A stretch of DNA of 64,000 nucleotides. It comes from a virus. Taxonomy: Duplodnaviria > Heunggongvirae > Uroviricota > Caudoviricetes. Each line of letters starts with the position of its first letter. The stretch's first letter is position 1. Made by a program: the position numbers and the translations under genes. Shown here piece after piece: positions 20,642 through 31,554 of this stretch. The DNA lies in IMG/VR virus record IMGVR_UViG_3300013099_000019; one strand, written 5' to 3'. Under the pieces are notes generated by a model. It was not told the DNA's origin. It did not search any database and saw only the letters and a list, made by a program, of their open reading frames with translations.

Positions 20642-21442
20642 ATGTTTTATATAGGGTCTGAAATTATAATTATAAGTTCAAATATAAAAAGAAAAAGTGG
20701 ACCAAGAGTAGGTAGTATAGGTACTGTTATAGGTGTTAAAAAAATACTTAATTACAAAAAAGATTTACATATACAACCTTTAAAAGTACTTTTTACACGC
20801 TATGGTTATGAAAAAAATAAAAGATTTGAAATTAAACGAATATATGTAAATACTCCAGATATGTTCTTAAATATAAATAATTTAAATTTTAATTATAAAA
20901 AATTTATAAATAAACTAAGTAGACAAGCCATTAAAAATGATTTTAGAGAGCCTTGTGTAGTAGCTTCTCCAATAAATGTTTTTAATAATGATGTAATTAA
21001 ATATTTATTTGTTTATCTTAAAAATAATAGTGTAAGAAATGAGTTAAATATTATAGCTTATGCAAGACATAAGGAGTATAAAAATATAATTAAAAATACC
21101 CCACCTTTAGTAAGAGAAATTATACGTAGATTATTACGTGATTTAGATAATAAAGCCCTTATGCTTAGGTTACACGATCTCCCTGAATCTGCTATACTAG
21201 ATCTTTTAAAACTTATACATTTACTTACAGCTTTATACACTAGAAATGAGAATTTGAATAGTAAATTTATGGATCATATATCTTCAAATTCAATTTGTAA
21301 AAATTTATTTATGGAGGTAGAGTATAATAATCTAAAAAATAATTTTAAAGGGCTGTATAATGCTTCTTTTAAATTTGCTGATACGTTTAAAAAAGTAGTA
21401 ATAAAACAAGGACAGTTAGTCTATAAAGCACATCAGGAGTAG
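20642..21442 (+). CDS. hypothetical protein
   Basis: 266-aa ORF. Confidence 0.5.
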   Translation: MFYIGSEIIIISSNIKRKSGPRVGSIGTVIGVKKILNYKKDLHIQPLKVLFTRYGYEKNKRFEIKRIYVNTPDMFLNINNLNFNYKKFINKLSRQAIKNDFREPCVVASPINVFNNDVIKYLFVYLKNNSVRNELNIIAYARHKEYKNIIKNTPPLVREIIRRLLRDLDNKALMLRLHDLPESAILDLLKLIHLLTALYTRNENLNSKFMDHISSNSICKNLFMEVEYNNLKNNFKGLYNASFKFADTFKKVVIKQGQLVYKAHQE

Positions 21443-21444
21443 TT

Positions 21445-24400
21445 ATGTCGGAGTTAGCAATAGAGTTGATGATTAAAAATATAAAAGCTGAATTTACTAA
21501 TCGTGTTATATTTAGTTATCTTAGATTTAATCCTGAACAAACTGGTGGTATTGAAGTAGATGTAAATGAAAAAAGTATAAATATAAATTTAACATTTAAC
21601 AATGAAATCAGTACTATTTATATACCTATTCCTTATATTCTAAATGGTGTAGAATTTCTTAATAAAAATGATGTTGTACGTCCTACTTGTAAATATCTGC
21701 ATAAAGAACTAAATAAAGAGTTTAGTTACTTAGAAATAATCAATGAAATATTTCTAGGAAGTGTAGATTTATTTTTACCAGAAATATACTGTAAAAGTAA
21801 AGCTAATACTATGCAATTAATTAAGTATGGTTATGAAAATAATAGCCTTGCTTATACAGTATACACTATTCAAAAACAAATTAATTATTTTGTTAATCTT
21901 CTACCTTTACATAATACTTTTATGAATTCTTGGGTAATGAATAAAAGAATTACTATTATAGACCCTAATTTTGATGAGATTCATGATCCAGAAAAACAAT
22001 ATGAATACCAAGTAGAAAAAAATAGACTTTATTTTGATAAAGGTTGGACATCTTTAGGCCTATCAGATGGAAGTTTAGCAAGTCATAATTATATATTATC
22101 TTATGACGTCCGTAATCTTACACCTTTTGGTCAAAAATTTCATAATCCTCAACGTAATTTATATTCTACTTTTGGTATGAAAGGCAGTGAACAGCCACTA
22201 TTACAAACACAATCTATGAAAAATTTGGCTGATGCTGGTATAAGTAGGACAGGTTGGAATTTACTCACTGTATTTGTAGATATACCTGATGTTTGGGAAG
22301 ATCAGATAATGGTAGATATATCTCATGCAGATAAATTTACTGAAGCAACAAAAAAGTATATTTGTTACGGTAAAACTAAAGCAGTAAAAGGAGATAAACC
22401 TTGGTATAATTCTATTTTATATACAGACCCTGAGGATAAAAAAGTAAGGTTTGATATAGTATGTGATGAGGCTACCGTAACTGATATAAAAGATAGTAAA
22501 TCTGTAGTAGGTGGTGTAGTATATGATGTAAAAGAAATTGTTGTTACGTATAAACGCTTTTTAAAAGATGGTGCTAAAATAACAAATTTAGCAGCTAATA
22601 AAGGAATTATACGTCTTAAAAAATTAGGTTATGCTATTCACCCAATTACAGGAGAAAAACAAAAAATAGACGTAATTGTTTCAAGTAAAGCTGTATTAAA
22701 ACGTAAAAATTATACACAAATACTTGAAGCACTACTTAATACTGTTAATGATAATTCTCCTATAATAATAGATGACTATGCTGAAACATCTGAAGCAGAA
22801 ATCAAAAGTACTATGAAAAGTAAAGGTTACAATGAAGAAGGTGTTTGGAAATGTAGTACTTACGCTGGAGAATATAAATGTGTTTGTGGTAAAGTATTTT
22901 GGGGAACAACTCATGATGCAGATGATACTACATGGACAAAAGAAAGACTCAATAAAACCAATACTCGTGGGCATAGAAGTTCAGGTTTAAAATTTTCAAC
23001 TATAGAATTTAGAGCATTAAACACTAGATTTGGTAATAATAATGCCATAGAAAAAGAAATTCTATCTTATGCTAGTGGTGCTAAAGACATAAGAGAATGG
23101 ATAAATGTACTCCGTTCAAAACTTGGAAAATTTATTTATAACTCTGGAACAATAGACATATATGATATTAAGCCTGCAATTACTAATGGCGTACTATATT
23201 CAAAAGAACAACTTAAAGATACCATTGCTGATTCAAATAAACATTTGGAAGGTTTTTATCTTAAGTTACCAGTAAAATATCAACTTGTTTTAAGTGAAGC
23301 TGGTGAGGTATTATCTGATGGATTTCCAAGTTCTGTAGGAGAGACCATTAATGGAATACCTGTTAAAGAAAAGATTGTTATTGACAAAATATATGTTCCG
23401 TATTATAATCTAAGAAAAAGTTGGAATCACTCTGTAGGTAAATACGGTTTAAGTGATACAAGTAATTTGCTTAATATTTTAATAACAATGTGTCATCGTT
23501 ATAAAGATGATCCAGAATCAGGCGTAGGATTATCACTTATCTATAAAGCTATTTATAATTACTTTAATTGTGTCAAAGAAAGAGTAAATTCAAAAAAAGG
23601 TGATATAAATAAATTAGGTATGTCTGTTCGTTATCCTTATTCAGTAAAAGCTGTTGCAACTTTAAGTAATAGTATACCTAAAAATACTGTTCAAATACAT
23701 AAAGATATGGCAAACAGTTTGAATGTTAAAGAGGGAGACGTAGTTTTAGTAGAAAGATTCCCTTGTTTAGGTTTTATGTCTATTCGTCCTCAAAAAATAA
23801 CTATAACTTCTGATAAAAGTTGTAAATTTACTATAAGGGCAAGTGGTAATAGTTTAGGATCTCTTACTCTTGACTTTGATGGTGATGTTATCTATTTAGC
23901 CTCATTCCATAGTCCTGCGGCAAAAAAGCTTTTAGTAAGTGAGTGGAATAATCCTAATAAGTATTGCATAGACTATATAAATAAATTTAATGCAAAAATG
24001 GGACATCCAAGAACAAAAGAGATGTCTCTATCTGATTACGACATTAAAATTTTTGAACCTTTAACAGTAGATTCTCATGCCGAAATTATAGGAAAGCTTA
24101 CAGGAGTAAAAAGTTTTACAGGTCCTATTGTAGCACTTGCTTATAATTTATTACGTATTATGGAAAATTCTCCTATTGAACACACAGATAAAGTAAAAGC
24201 TGGTATAGAAGTATTTATTGATACGGTTGCAAATTCTGTATTTAAACAAAAACATGGTAAAGAATCTTTACATAAAATAGTAATGGATGCAGTATGTACA
24301 GCAGATGAACAAGTACTTGTTGATAATGGTTTTGAACCCGAAATAGTACAAGTTGTGTGCTCAACTATTAGAAAAAGGGCAGTTGAACGTAAAATAACTG

Positions 24401-24729
24401 ACCTTTTAAGATACCATGCATACATACAAAAAATGGGTGGTTCTAACATTATTAACAGGATTGTTAGGGAAGAAAATAAACTTTATTTTGCTAGTCGTTC
24501 TAGTGTAGATTTAACAGTAGCATTAGATAGTATAGATAAATTTAAAGTAGTAGATATTCCAAGTAGTATTTTTTATAAGATTATGTCTTGTAAGTATAGT
24601 AATACTAAAACACAGCTTGATAAATTTAAAGAAGCTAGAATGTTAAAGGCTTTACATTACTATAATACTATGGAATATAGTATGGTTAAAGAGTTATTTC
24701 AATGTGTGGATAAAATGTTCACTACGTAA
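21445..24729 (+). CDS. single-chain multisubunit-RNAP-like polymerase (beta-prime-type DFDGD motif)
   Basis: 1094-aa ORF. The motif LTLDFDGDVIY near residue 810 resembles the Mg-binding DFDGD of a double-psi beta-barrel (DPBB) domain, as in the YonO/crAss-like phage RNAP group. Confidence 0.5.
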   Translation: MSELAIELMIKNIKAEFTNRVIFSYLRFNPEQTGGIEVDVNEKSININLTFNNEISTIYIPIPYILNGVEFLNKNDVVRPTCKYLHKELNKEFSYLEIINEIFLGSVDLFLPEIYCKSKANTMQLIKYGYENNSLAYTVYTIQKQINYFVNLLPLHNTFMNSWVMNKRITIIDPNFDEIHDPEKQYEYQVEKNRLYFDKGWTSLGLSDGSLASHNYILSYDVRNLTPFGQKFHNPQRNLYSTFGMKGSEQPLLQTQSMKNLADAGISRTGWNLLTVFVDIPDVWEDQIMVDISHADKFTEATKKYICYGKTKAVKGDKPWYNSILYTDPEDKKVRFDIVCDEATVTDIKDSKSVVGGVVYDVKEIVVTYKRFLKDGAKITNLAANKGIIRLKKLGYAIHPITGEKQKIDVIVSSKAVLKRKNYTQILEALLNTVNDNSPIIIDDYAETSEAEIKSTMKSKGYNEEGVWKCSTYAGEYKCVCGKVFWGTTHDADDTTWTKERLNKTNTRGHRSSGLKFSTIEFRALNTRFGNNNAIEKEILSYASGAKDIREWINVLRSKLGKFIYNSGTIDIYDIKPAITNGVLYSKEQLKDTIADSNKHLEGFYLKLPVKYQLVLSEAGEVLSDGFPSSVGETINGIPVKEKIVIDKIYVPYYNLRKSWNHSVGKYGLSDTSNLLNILITMCHRYKDDPESGVGLSLIYKAIYNYFNCVKERVNSKKGDINKLGMSVRYPYSVKAVATLSNSIPKNTVQIHKDMANSLNVKEGDVVLVERFPCLGFMSIRPQKITITSDKSCKFTIRASGNSLGSLTLDFDGDVIYLASFHSPAAKKLLVSEWNNPNKYCIDYINKFNAKMGHPRTKEMSLSDYDIKIFEPLTVDSHAEIIGKLTGVKSFTGPIVALAYNLLRIMENSPIEHTDKVKAGIEVFIDTVANSVFKQKHGKESLHKIVMDAVCTADEQVLVDNGFEPEIVQVVCSTIRKRAVERKITDLLRYHAYIQKMGGSNIINRIVREENKLYFASRSSVDLTVALDSIDKFKVVDIPSSIFYKIMSCKYSNTKTQLDKFKEARMLKALHYYNTMEYSMVKELFQCVDKMFTT

Positions 24730-24749
24730 AATTAAACGGAGGAAGGTGT

Positions 24750-25145
24750 ATGGCTAAAATTTTAGGACTCAGTGTAAATCGTTGGGCTGGGCTCGGAAGA
24801 GTTATGGGAAATCCAGAAATGACTGGGGAATGGTGTCGTTTGTACTTTAAAACAGTTGTTCCTGAAAATAACAATGGAGAATGGTCAGAAATAGAGTGTA
24901 TTGTACCACTTATGACTAGTAATCCTAAAACTATTAACACATTGCAACAGTTTGTTCAAGATGAACGACAGTTGTATGTTGAGGGTTATGTAAAAGGCTG
25001 GCAAGAACAGAATGGAACATTTAATTGTGGAGTTATTATTAATTCCATTAAACTTGGTTCCAAAACAATGTTTGATCCAGATGCTCAAGCAAGTCAAGGA
25101 GGCGGTAGTCCCCAAAGTAACATGCCTGGGTTTCCAGCAGGCTAA
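24750..25145 (+). CDS. SSB-like OB-fold single-stranded DNA-binding protein
   Basis: NRWAGLGRVMGNPEM resembles the SSB N-terminus (LIGRLGRDPEL). LYVEGYVKGW resembles the SSB core strand. The C-terminal tail is Gly/Gln-rich. Confidence 0.5.
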   Translation: MAKILGLSVNRWAGLGRVMGNPEMTGEWCRLYFKTVVPENNNGEWSEIECIVPLMTSNPKTINTLQQFVQDERQLYVEGYVKGWQEQNGTFNCGVIINSIKLGSKTMFDPDAQASQGGGSPQSNMPGFPAG

Positions 25146-25160
25146 TATTTAAAAAATTAA

Positions 25161-25186
25161 GGGCGTCTATAAGGCGCCCTTTTTAT
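25161..25186 (+). terminator. rho-independent terminator
   Basis: GC stem gggcg...cgccc followed by TTTTTATTT, directly after the SSB-like gene. Confidence 0.75.
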
Positions 25187-25203
25187 TTGGAGGTTTTGTA
25201 AGT

Positions 25204-25611
25204 ATGAGTGCACAAACACAAAAAATTGTAGATATAAAAGCAAATCCTACTAATATGCAAGAAGAAGTAGCAGATATGCGTTTTAAACTTGAGGCTATTA
25301 ATGAGATGTTTTATGCTTTAAGAAAACGTTTCAGAAAAAAGAACAAAAGTGAACAAAATATTGAAAAAGCAGAGGATATTTTTAATAAAGATGGTATACC
25401 TTTAAATAGTAGCTTTATAGGTTTTACAAAAAAATCTGTGTACCCTTTTGTACTTATAGTTGATGAAAACGGTCTTTATAAAGTAGGAAGTAAAAAATTT
25501 AAATCTTTATCCTCTTCTGCTGAATTTGTAAGTGGTGTAAGAAGAAGTGGTTGGACTTTTTGGAAACTATTTGATGGTAGAAATCTAAAAGAAGTATACA
25601 AGGTAAAATAA
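25204..25611 (+). CDS. hypothetical protein
   Basis: 135-aa ORF with a GGAGG RBS. Confidence 0.45.
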   Translation: MSAQTQKIVDIKANPTNMQEEVADMRFKLEAINEMFYALRKRFRKKNKSEQNIEKAEDIFNKDGIPLNSSFIGFTKKSVYPFVLIVDENGLYKVGSKKFKSLSSSAEFVSGVRRSGWTFWKLFDGRNLKEVYKVK

Positions 25612-26033
25612 TGCTAAAATTTGAAGAATTTAAACAAAGTATTTGTACAGTATGTAAGCATTGCCATGATTACCAATTAAATAGAGCCACTTCTACATTT
25701 TGTTATGAGGCTTATAAAATAAACAGCTCTATATTTATACAACATATTTATCAAAAATTAAGAAAATTACCTAATTGGCCAGTAGCTTACTACAAAGAAG
25801 AAGAGTGCTTTACTAATGTGTTTTGTAAATCTAAATTGTGTGGTAATACAGAAGGACAAGAATGTAAAAATTTTAAAAGTTGTTTAGATATTTTTACTTC
25901 TACACACGTTTCTTATGTTATTAAAGTTGTTAATTATAATACTTTACCTTTTAAAATTAAAATAGATAAACCTGCTATTATTTTTGGAGGAAGTGAAAAC
26001 TGGATAAAAACAGTTAAAAAAATGGGGGAGTAG
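25611..26033 (+). CDS. Cys-rich hypothetical protein
   Basis: CTVCKHCHDY plus further Cys residues; starts on an ATGA overlap. Confidence 0.4.
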   Translation: MLKFEEFKQSICTVCKHCHDYQLNRATSTFCYEAYKINSSIFIQHIYQKLRKLPNWPVAYYKEEECFTNVFCKSKLCGNTEGQECKNFKSCLDIFTSTHVSYVIKVVNYNTLPFKIKIDKPAIIFGGSENWIKTVKKMGE

Positions 26034-27433
26034 TGGAAATACTTATTGATAATACTATACAAATTAGTAATGAACATGAATTTATAGCTAAATTTATAGC
26101 TAAAGAACTTACTTTTCCTAATCCAAAATTTGAAGAAGCAGTAGCATCAGGTAGATCTACTTGGGGCTTACCTCCAGTAATAAAAAATTTCTTTATTGAT
26201 AATTCAGGTATAGCAAATTTACCTCGTGGTTATATTGATCGTTTAAAAGAAATTTTAAATTATAATAAAATATCGTACAACTTAATTAATACTTGTAGTA
26301 CAGTTCCTGTAAAGCCTTTATATGAGCATACAATCCAATTAAGAGACTATCAATACTTGGCCTTACAAAATCTTGCAAAACACACTGAAGGTGTCTTAGT
26401 GGCCCCAGCAGGTAGTGGTAAAACTATTATGGGTATAGGCATTACTATAATGTCTAATCAGAAGCTATTATGGATAACTCATACAAAAGTTTTGGCTAAT
26501 CAATTTATAGACCGTGCAAAACAATTTATAACAAATTTTGATGCAGACGATATAGGTTATATAGGAGCAGGTGATTGGTTAATAGGTGATAAAATAACAG
26601 TTGGATTGGTACAAACATTAATACGTTCGCCAGAAAAATTAAAAGAAATATCTAATGATTTCGGTATAGTAATTGTAGATGAAACACATCATATTGCAGC
26701 AGTTACATTTACTGAAGTAGTAAGACAATTTAATCCTTATTACTTATATGGTTTAACAGCTACACCCACAAGAAGGGATGGTTTACAAAGTCTTCTTTTT
26801 CAAAATATCGGTCCTATACGGCACACTGTGCCAAGAGAGGCCGTAGCTAAAGGTAATCGTGTTGTCACTCCTACAGTAATCCCTGTAGAGTTAAATACTC
26901 CTATAACTCATCTTGAAAATTACCAAAAGATATTAAAATTTTTGGTAGAAGATGAAGTTAGAAATAATACTATTATAAATGACATAGTAACTGAATACAA
27001 TAAGGGTAATGTGTGTATTGTAGTTACTGATAGAAAAGCTCATGCAGAAATACTACTTGAACTTTTAAAAAAATTAGAAGTTAAGGTTGGTATAGCTACA
27101 GGGCATTATAATGATAAATTTAGAAAAACCACACTTAAAGCTTTAGAAAATAAAGAAATTAGTGTTTTAGTTTGTACTACACATTTACTTGGTGAAGGGT
27201 TTGATCATGCACCGTTAAATCGTCTTTTTATATGTTTACCTTTTAGAGATGAAAATAAATGTGAACAAATTGTTGGTAGAGTACAAAGATCTTGCGAAGG
27301 AAAAAAAGATGCTTTTGTATTTGATTACGTAGATATACTACACGGTCTTACCAGACATCAATTTAGAAATCCTGGAATAAAAGGTTGTAGATATAATGTG
27401 TATAAAAAATTAAAATGTAACATTAAGGCTTAA
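26033..27433 (+). CDS. superfamily-2 (DEAD/DEAH-like) helicase
   Basis: Walker A APAGSGKT, DExH-type box IVIVDETHH, and C-terminal helicase motifs (TATPTRRDG...VGRVQR). Confidence 0.7.
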   Translation: MEILIDNTIQISNEHEFIAKFIAKELTFPNPKFEEAVASGRSTWGLPPVIKNFFIDNSGIANLPRGYIDRLKEILNYNKISYNLINTCSTVPVKPLYEHTIQLRDYQYLALQNLAKHTEGVLVAPAGSGKTIMGIGITIMSNQKLLWITHTKVLANQFIDRAKQFITNFDADDIGYIGAGDWLIGDKITVGLVQTLIRSPEKLKEISNDFGIVIVDETHHIAAVTFTEVVRQFNPYYLYGLTATPTRRDGLQSLLFQNIGPIRHTVPREAVAKGNRVVTPTVIPVELNTPITHLENYQKILKFLVEDEVRNNTIINDIVTEYNKGNVCIVVTDRKAHAEILLELLKKLEVKVGIATGHYNDKFRKTTLKALENKEISVLVCTTHLLGEGFDHAPLNRLFICLPFRDENKCEQIVGRVQRSCEGKKDAFVFDYVDILHGLTRHQFRNPGIKGCRYNVYKKLKCNIKA

Positions 27434-27496
27434 AAATATATTTCGGAAAAGACGAAGTATTGTAGTGAGTTCTAGTACTTAATCTTGGAGGTATAT

Positions 27497-28597
27497 ATGA
27501 TAGTAATAAAATCAAACATAATGAGTGGTAGATGGTTAGAGTACAAACTTGCCAGAATGTCCTTGAAGCTTAGAAAAGAATTAAATGTTAATTTAGGAGA
27601 ATTTATTAGGTTTAAAAATGATACTATTTTACAAGTAGATAGAGCATTTAATGAAGATATTTTAAAATACGGAGAAGATAAAATATTTGTTACCTCAGAT
27701 ACTTTTAATCTTATTGACAATAATAATGACATAGAAATTGTAGATACAATAACTATGGGTTGTGACCCAGAATTATTTATTGTTAATAGGTATAGTGGAA
27801 AACTTATACCGTCTTCTAATTTTTTTAAAAAATGGGATTCTATAGGTTATGACGGTTTATTATGCGAATTAAGACCTAATCCACATATAAAACCTGAAAT
27901 TGTAACTAACACTTTATTTGGTATGATTAATACTATACAAAATAAATATATCGAACAAGGACTTACACAACTAATGTCTTATGCCTCTTCTGCAGCTTTT
28001 GGGCTTACCGCAGGATTTCATTGTCATATGGGCATACCAAAAAATTTACTTAATAAACGTTCACCTAATTACCAAACATATGTAAATATGTTAGTAAAAA
28101 CTTTAGATTATTACGTGGGTGTTTTATCTATAATTCCTGAAGGTACAGCAGAAAATCAAAGAAGATGTGCACCTTTTGTAAGTTATGGTAAAGTATCTGA
28201 TTATAGAATAGATAATCGTACTTTAGAATATAGAGTACCAGGAGGAGCACTATTAAAATCTCCAGCATTGGCTTGTGGACTCATGAGTTTATGCTCATTA
28301 GTATCAACAGATGTTATATCTAAATTAAAAGATTATACAAATGATTTTAAACATACACAAATACCTGCCGAAAAAATATTACTAAAAGAATTATATCCGA
28401 ATGTACCAGAAATAAAAGAGTTGTACCAATTAATTTGTGTACCTGATACCACAAGTGCTGTAAAAATTTCAGAATCTATATTTGATGAATTATCCAACAT
28501 GTTGGATTATAAAAAACATAAAAAAAACGTTGTTGCTTTTAAAGATAGTATTTATAAAAATACAAGTAATGATATTTGGAATAATTGGAAAGAATAA
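27497..28597 (+). CDS. GCS2 / glutamine-synthetase-like amidoligase, paralog 2
   Basis: MGCDPELFIV and GFHCHMGIP give the same G.DPE[FL]F plus HxH architecture as the ORF at 15624. Start moved to the ATG that follows the GGAGG RBS. Confidence 0.5.
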   Translation: MIVIKSNIMSGRWLEYKLARMSLKLRKELNVNLGEFIRFKNDTILQVDRAFNEDILKYGEDKIFVTSDTFNLIDNNNDIEIVDTITMGCDPELFIVNRYSGKLIPSSNFFKKWDSIGYDGLLCELRPNPHIKPEIVTNTLFGMINTIQNKYIEQGLTQLMSYASSAAFGLTAGFHCHMGIPKNLLNKRSPNYQTYVNMLVKTLDYYVGVLSIIPEGTAENQRRCAPFVSYGKVSDYRIDNRTLEYRVPGGALLKSPALACGLMSLCSLVSTDVISKLKDYTNDFKHTQIPAEKILLKELYPNVPEIKELYQLICVPDTTSAVKISESIFDELSNMLDYKKHKKNVVAFKDSIYKNTSNDIWNNWKE

Positions 28598-28607
28598 TGG
28601 GGGCAGT

Positions 28608-30209
28608 ATGCGTAATAACAAATGGGTATTTTTCCAGGTACCTTCAAAACCAGCCTTAAGTCTAGAAGAAGTAAGATATTGGAAAAATAATCTGGCTAAA
28701 ATTTTAAAAGTAGGGCTTGAATTTGAATTTAATTTACCTAATAAAAAAGGTTCTTGTAAAGGTACAAGTAATCATTGTCCTTGTATTCATAAAGTAGATG
28801 AAAATGATTGTTGGGAAAAATGTGTAAGAGAACCTATATGTAGAAAAGAATTCGGCGACAAATTTGAAGAAGAATGTTCACAACAATTATGCACAGGTTA
28901 TATAATGTACTGTGCTGTTTGTAAAAATTTTACACTTGATTGTGAAACTTGTGAGTTTCGATATGATCCAGAAAAAGACCCAGATAATATTAGAAATCGT
29001 TTAAGAGATGATTTTATGCCATCACAAAATTATGGAAGAATTAACGCTTCTGGTGTTCATGATGTTGTTTGTGATGGTTCTTTACTGGGTAAAGGGGCTG
29101 AAGGTAGAGGAGCTGAAGTTATTACTACTGGCCGACGTATAGATTATTGGGAATTTTTCAAAATGATTACAAAAATTATGAAAGATTCTTCCGCTAAAGG
29201 CGCTTATTTTAATGAACGTTGTTCTATACATGTCCATATATTAGCTAGTTATTACGGTAGTGAAGGTTTAGGTGGAGGACGTGCAATGTCTGAACTTGAA
29301 AAACCTTTACCTGAGATAGTTATGGCTAATTTTCATCAACTTTGTCGTAAATATCAAAATGCTATTACTTGGATGAGTGCAGGTTTAGATGATTATGAGT
29401 ATTTTACTCGTTGGGAAAAATTTAGACAGTCCATTTTAAATGTCTCACCTGTTAGTAATAGTATGCCATCAGTAATTAATATTATGGAAGAAAAAACAGG
29501 TAAATCCCGAGGTAAATATGGTTGGGTAAATTACATGTTTTGTAGATTTAATGATGATAATGATTTAACTAAATTTCATCTTGAAATGCGTTCATTGGAT
29601 GGTATCATGTCTCCGAGTGCTGTAACAGCTATGTCTTGTTTATTTTATGCTATGGTAATTAAAGCTATTGAAATATCAAGATACGGGTTATTAGAAGTAG
29701 GTGATGAAAAATGGATGAAAAATGCTGTGAGTGTTAAAAGCAGACTTCTAAATGGTAATGGTAGTTATGATAGTGCTAGACTTTCTTGTACAGCAGATTT
29801 AACGGAAGAAGATTTTGATTATTTAAAAAGAGAATCTTATGAACTTAATAATCAATTAAAACATATTCTTTTAAAATTAGGCCCTGTATACGAAGTTATT
29901 GAAAAATTAGCATATTCGCCCGCAGCTATAAGAAGGTGTGCTGGTAAATCTTGGAAAGAAATTGAAGAAGAGCTATCTGTATATATTCCAAAAGAAACAC
30001 AGCTTGAAAAATTACTTGCATCTCATATTGATATGCGTACTTTTGTTAAATGTGCAAATGAAAAAGAATGGTGTATCAATGTTATTAAAGATATATCAAA
30101 AGAAGAAAAAGAGGACGTATCAGAAGCTTTACAAACTATCGTTACTGCTAATAAAAGTGACGGTGAATACATTTGGTCTGATAACCTTGGAACAATGCTA
30201 AAAGTATAG
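28608..30209 (+). CDS. amidoligase-like protein, paralog 3, with Cys-rich insertion
   Basis: VGLEFEFNL (ExE) and ERCSIHVHILAS (HVH) recall the GCS2 core. A Cys-rich segment of roughly 80 aa lies between them. Confidence 0.45.
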   Translation: MRNNKWVFFQVPSKPALSLEEVRYWKNNLAKILKVGLEFEFNLPNKKGSCKGTSNHCPCIHKVDENDCWEKCVREPICRKEFGDKFEEECSQQLCTGYIMYCAVCKNFTLDCETCEFRYDPEKDPDNIRNRLRDDFMPSQNYGRINASGVHDVVCDGSLLGKGAEGRGAEVITTGRRIDYWEFFKMITKIMKDSSAKGAYFNERCSIHVHILASYYGSEGLGGGRAMSELEKPLPEIVMANFHQLCRKYQNAITWMSAGLDDYEYFTRWEKFRQSILNVSPVSNSMPSVINIMEEKTGKSRGKYGWVNYMFCRFNDDNDLTKFHLEMRSLDGIMSPSAVTAMSCLFYAMVIKAIEISRYGLLEVGDEKWMKNAVSVKSRLLNGNGSYDSARLSCTADLTEEDFDYLKRESYELNNQLKHILLKLGPVYEVIEKLAYSPAAIRRCAGKSWKEIEEELSVYIPKETQLEKLLASHIDMRTFVKCANEKEWCINVIKDISKEEKEDVSEALQTIVTANKSDGEYIWSDNLGTMLKV

Positions 30210-30246
30210 TGAATAGGTTATAACAACCCTATTTTTAGGAGAATTC

Positions 30247-31530
30247 ATGAATATTAAAGATTTATTAACAGCAAAATACACTATTTGTAATAAAGCTGAC
30301 CCAAATGATTATATCATTCAAGGAACTTTAAAAACGAATGGTGTACCTGTTCTATTATCTAAAAATAAATATGTTAAAGGCGAGATTGTAACTTGTGTAA
30401 GACGTATGCCTCAAAAACTAGGAAAACCTTGGAAGATACAAAAATGTCGTAATAATATGATAAGTGTACCTTCTATTGAACCTTACTTACAACCTGTAAC
30501 TGTTTCAAATAAAGTTTTAAGTGTTTGGGATATGTATACATCAACTATGCATTACGGTTCCCATTCTTTTGTATTTTTAGATAAATTTACTTTTTTAAAA
30601 TCGTTTAAAAATATAGAAGGTTTATCTAAAAAGTTTAAATATAATACTTGTTTTGAACCTGGAGCAGATTATGGAGGTTTAGAATTTATTTTATCTGTAA
30701 ATCCAAAAGATGTTTATTTTATAATAACTATTCATAATATTAAATCTTTTTGTCCTATATTTAATGCTAAAAATGTAGATGGTTTAGGTATAGCAGTAGA
30801 AGTTATTAATATAAAAAAATGTCGTTATAAAAAAAGACCCTCTTTTAAACAAAATCTTTATTATATTTTAAGTAATTATAAAGATAATTTATTTTATGTA
30901 GACGGTGTAAATTTACAAGTAATAAATAAAAATTTAGGTATTATCCAATATCATGAAATTTACACGACTGTGTTTAAAAAAGCAGAGAATGCTTATAATA
31001 ATTCTAAATTAACATCACGTAATGATAAAAAAGTATTTACAGCAGTAGGTTCTATTAAAGCAGCTAAACCTACTGCAATACCAAAACAGGCAGGTACTTT
31101 TTACGCTAAATACCTTGAGTCAGAATCTGTAGGAGAAGATGTAGTAAATGTTGCTAGTCCAACACTACATAGTGTTAATGAACAAAAAGAATGGTCACAA
31201 AAAAAAGATATATGGGTTACAGCACGAACAAAAATGGGAGAAGATAAAAATAATGAAAAATACAGAAAACTTGCAAAACAGTACTCTGCTACAATAGATT
31301 TTAGTAGTGTAGAAGCAAGAATGCTTAAAACTTCTTATTATGAAATAGAAGAAGAGGTAGCTGATAAAGTTTGTTCTCCAATTCCTAAAATTAAATTTAA
31401 AACAAAAAACAGTTCAAAAGATTTACATTATATACCAGGAAAAAGAAAATTAGTAAATAAATCAAAAATTTCAGATATAGAGCCTCCATTGGAAAATGAA
31501 AAAGTATCTGATTCATGGTTGCCCTATTAA
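30247..31530 (+). CDS. hypothetical protein (427 aa)
   Basis: Long ORF embedded in the amidoligase island. Confidence 0.5.
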   Translation: MNIKDLLTAKYTICNKADPNDYIIQGTLKTNGVPVLLSKNKYVKGEIVTCVRRMPQKLGKPWKIQKCRNNMISVPSIEPYLQPVTVSNKVLSVWDMYTSTMHYGSHSFVFLDKFTFLKSFKNIEGLSKKFKYNTCFEPGADYGGLEFILSVNPKDVYFIITIHNIKSFCPIFNAKNVDGLGIAVEVINIKKCRYKKRPSFKQNLYYILSNYKDNLFYVDGVNLQVINKNLGIIQYHEIYTTVFKKAENAYNNSKLTSRNDKKVFTAVGSIKAAKPTAIPKQAGTFYAKYLESESVGEDVVNVASPTLHSVNEQKEWSQKKDIWVTARTKMGEDKNNEKYRKLAKQYSATIDFSSVEARMLKTSYYEIEEEVADKVCSPIPKIKFKTKNSSKDLHYIPGKRKLVNKSKISDIEPPLENEKVSDSWLPY

Positions 31531-31554
31531 CACAAGGTTAGAGAGGAAAAATAA

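Noticed and set aside
29938-30201. + strand ORF 29938-30201 nested in the 28608-30209 amidoligase-like gene. Also 48580-48789 (+) and 47889-48224 (-) inside or against the Gly-rich secreted-protein gene, and 62160-62357 / 62260-62457 (+) opposite the minus-strand ORF at 62196-62438.
   Set aside because: These are alternative-frame artefacts. The Gly/Ala-rich gene is GC-rich and repetitive, which keeps other frames open. Neighbour orientation favours the minus-strand ORF in the 62.2-kb region.
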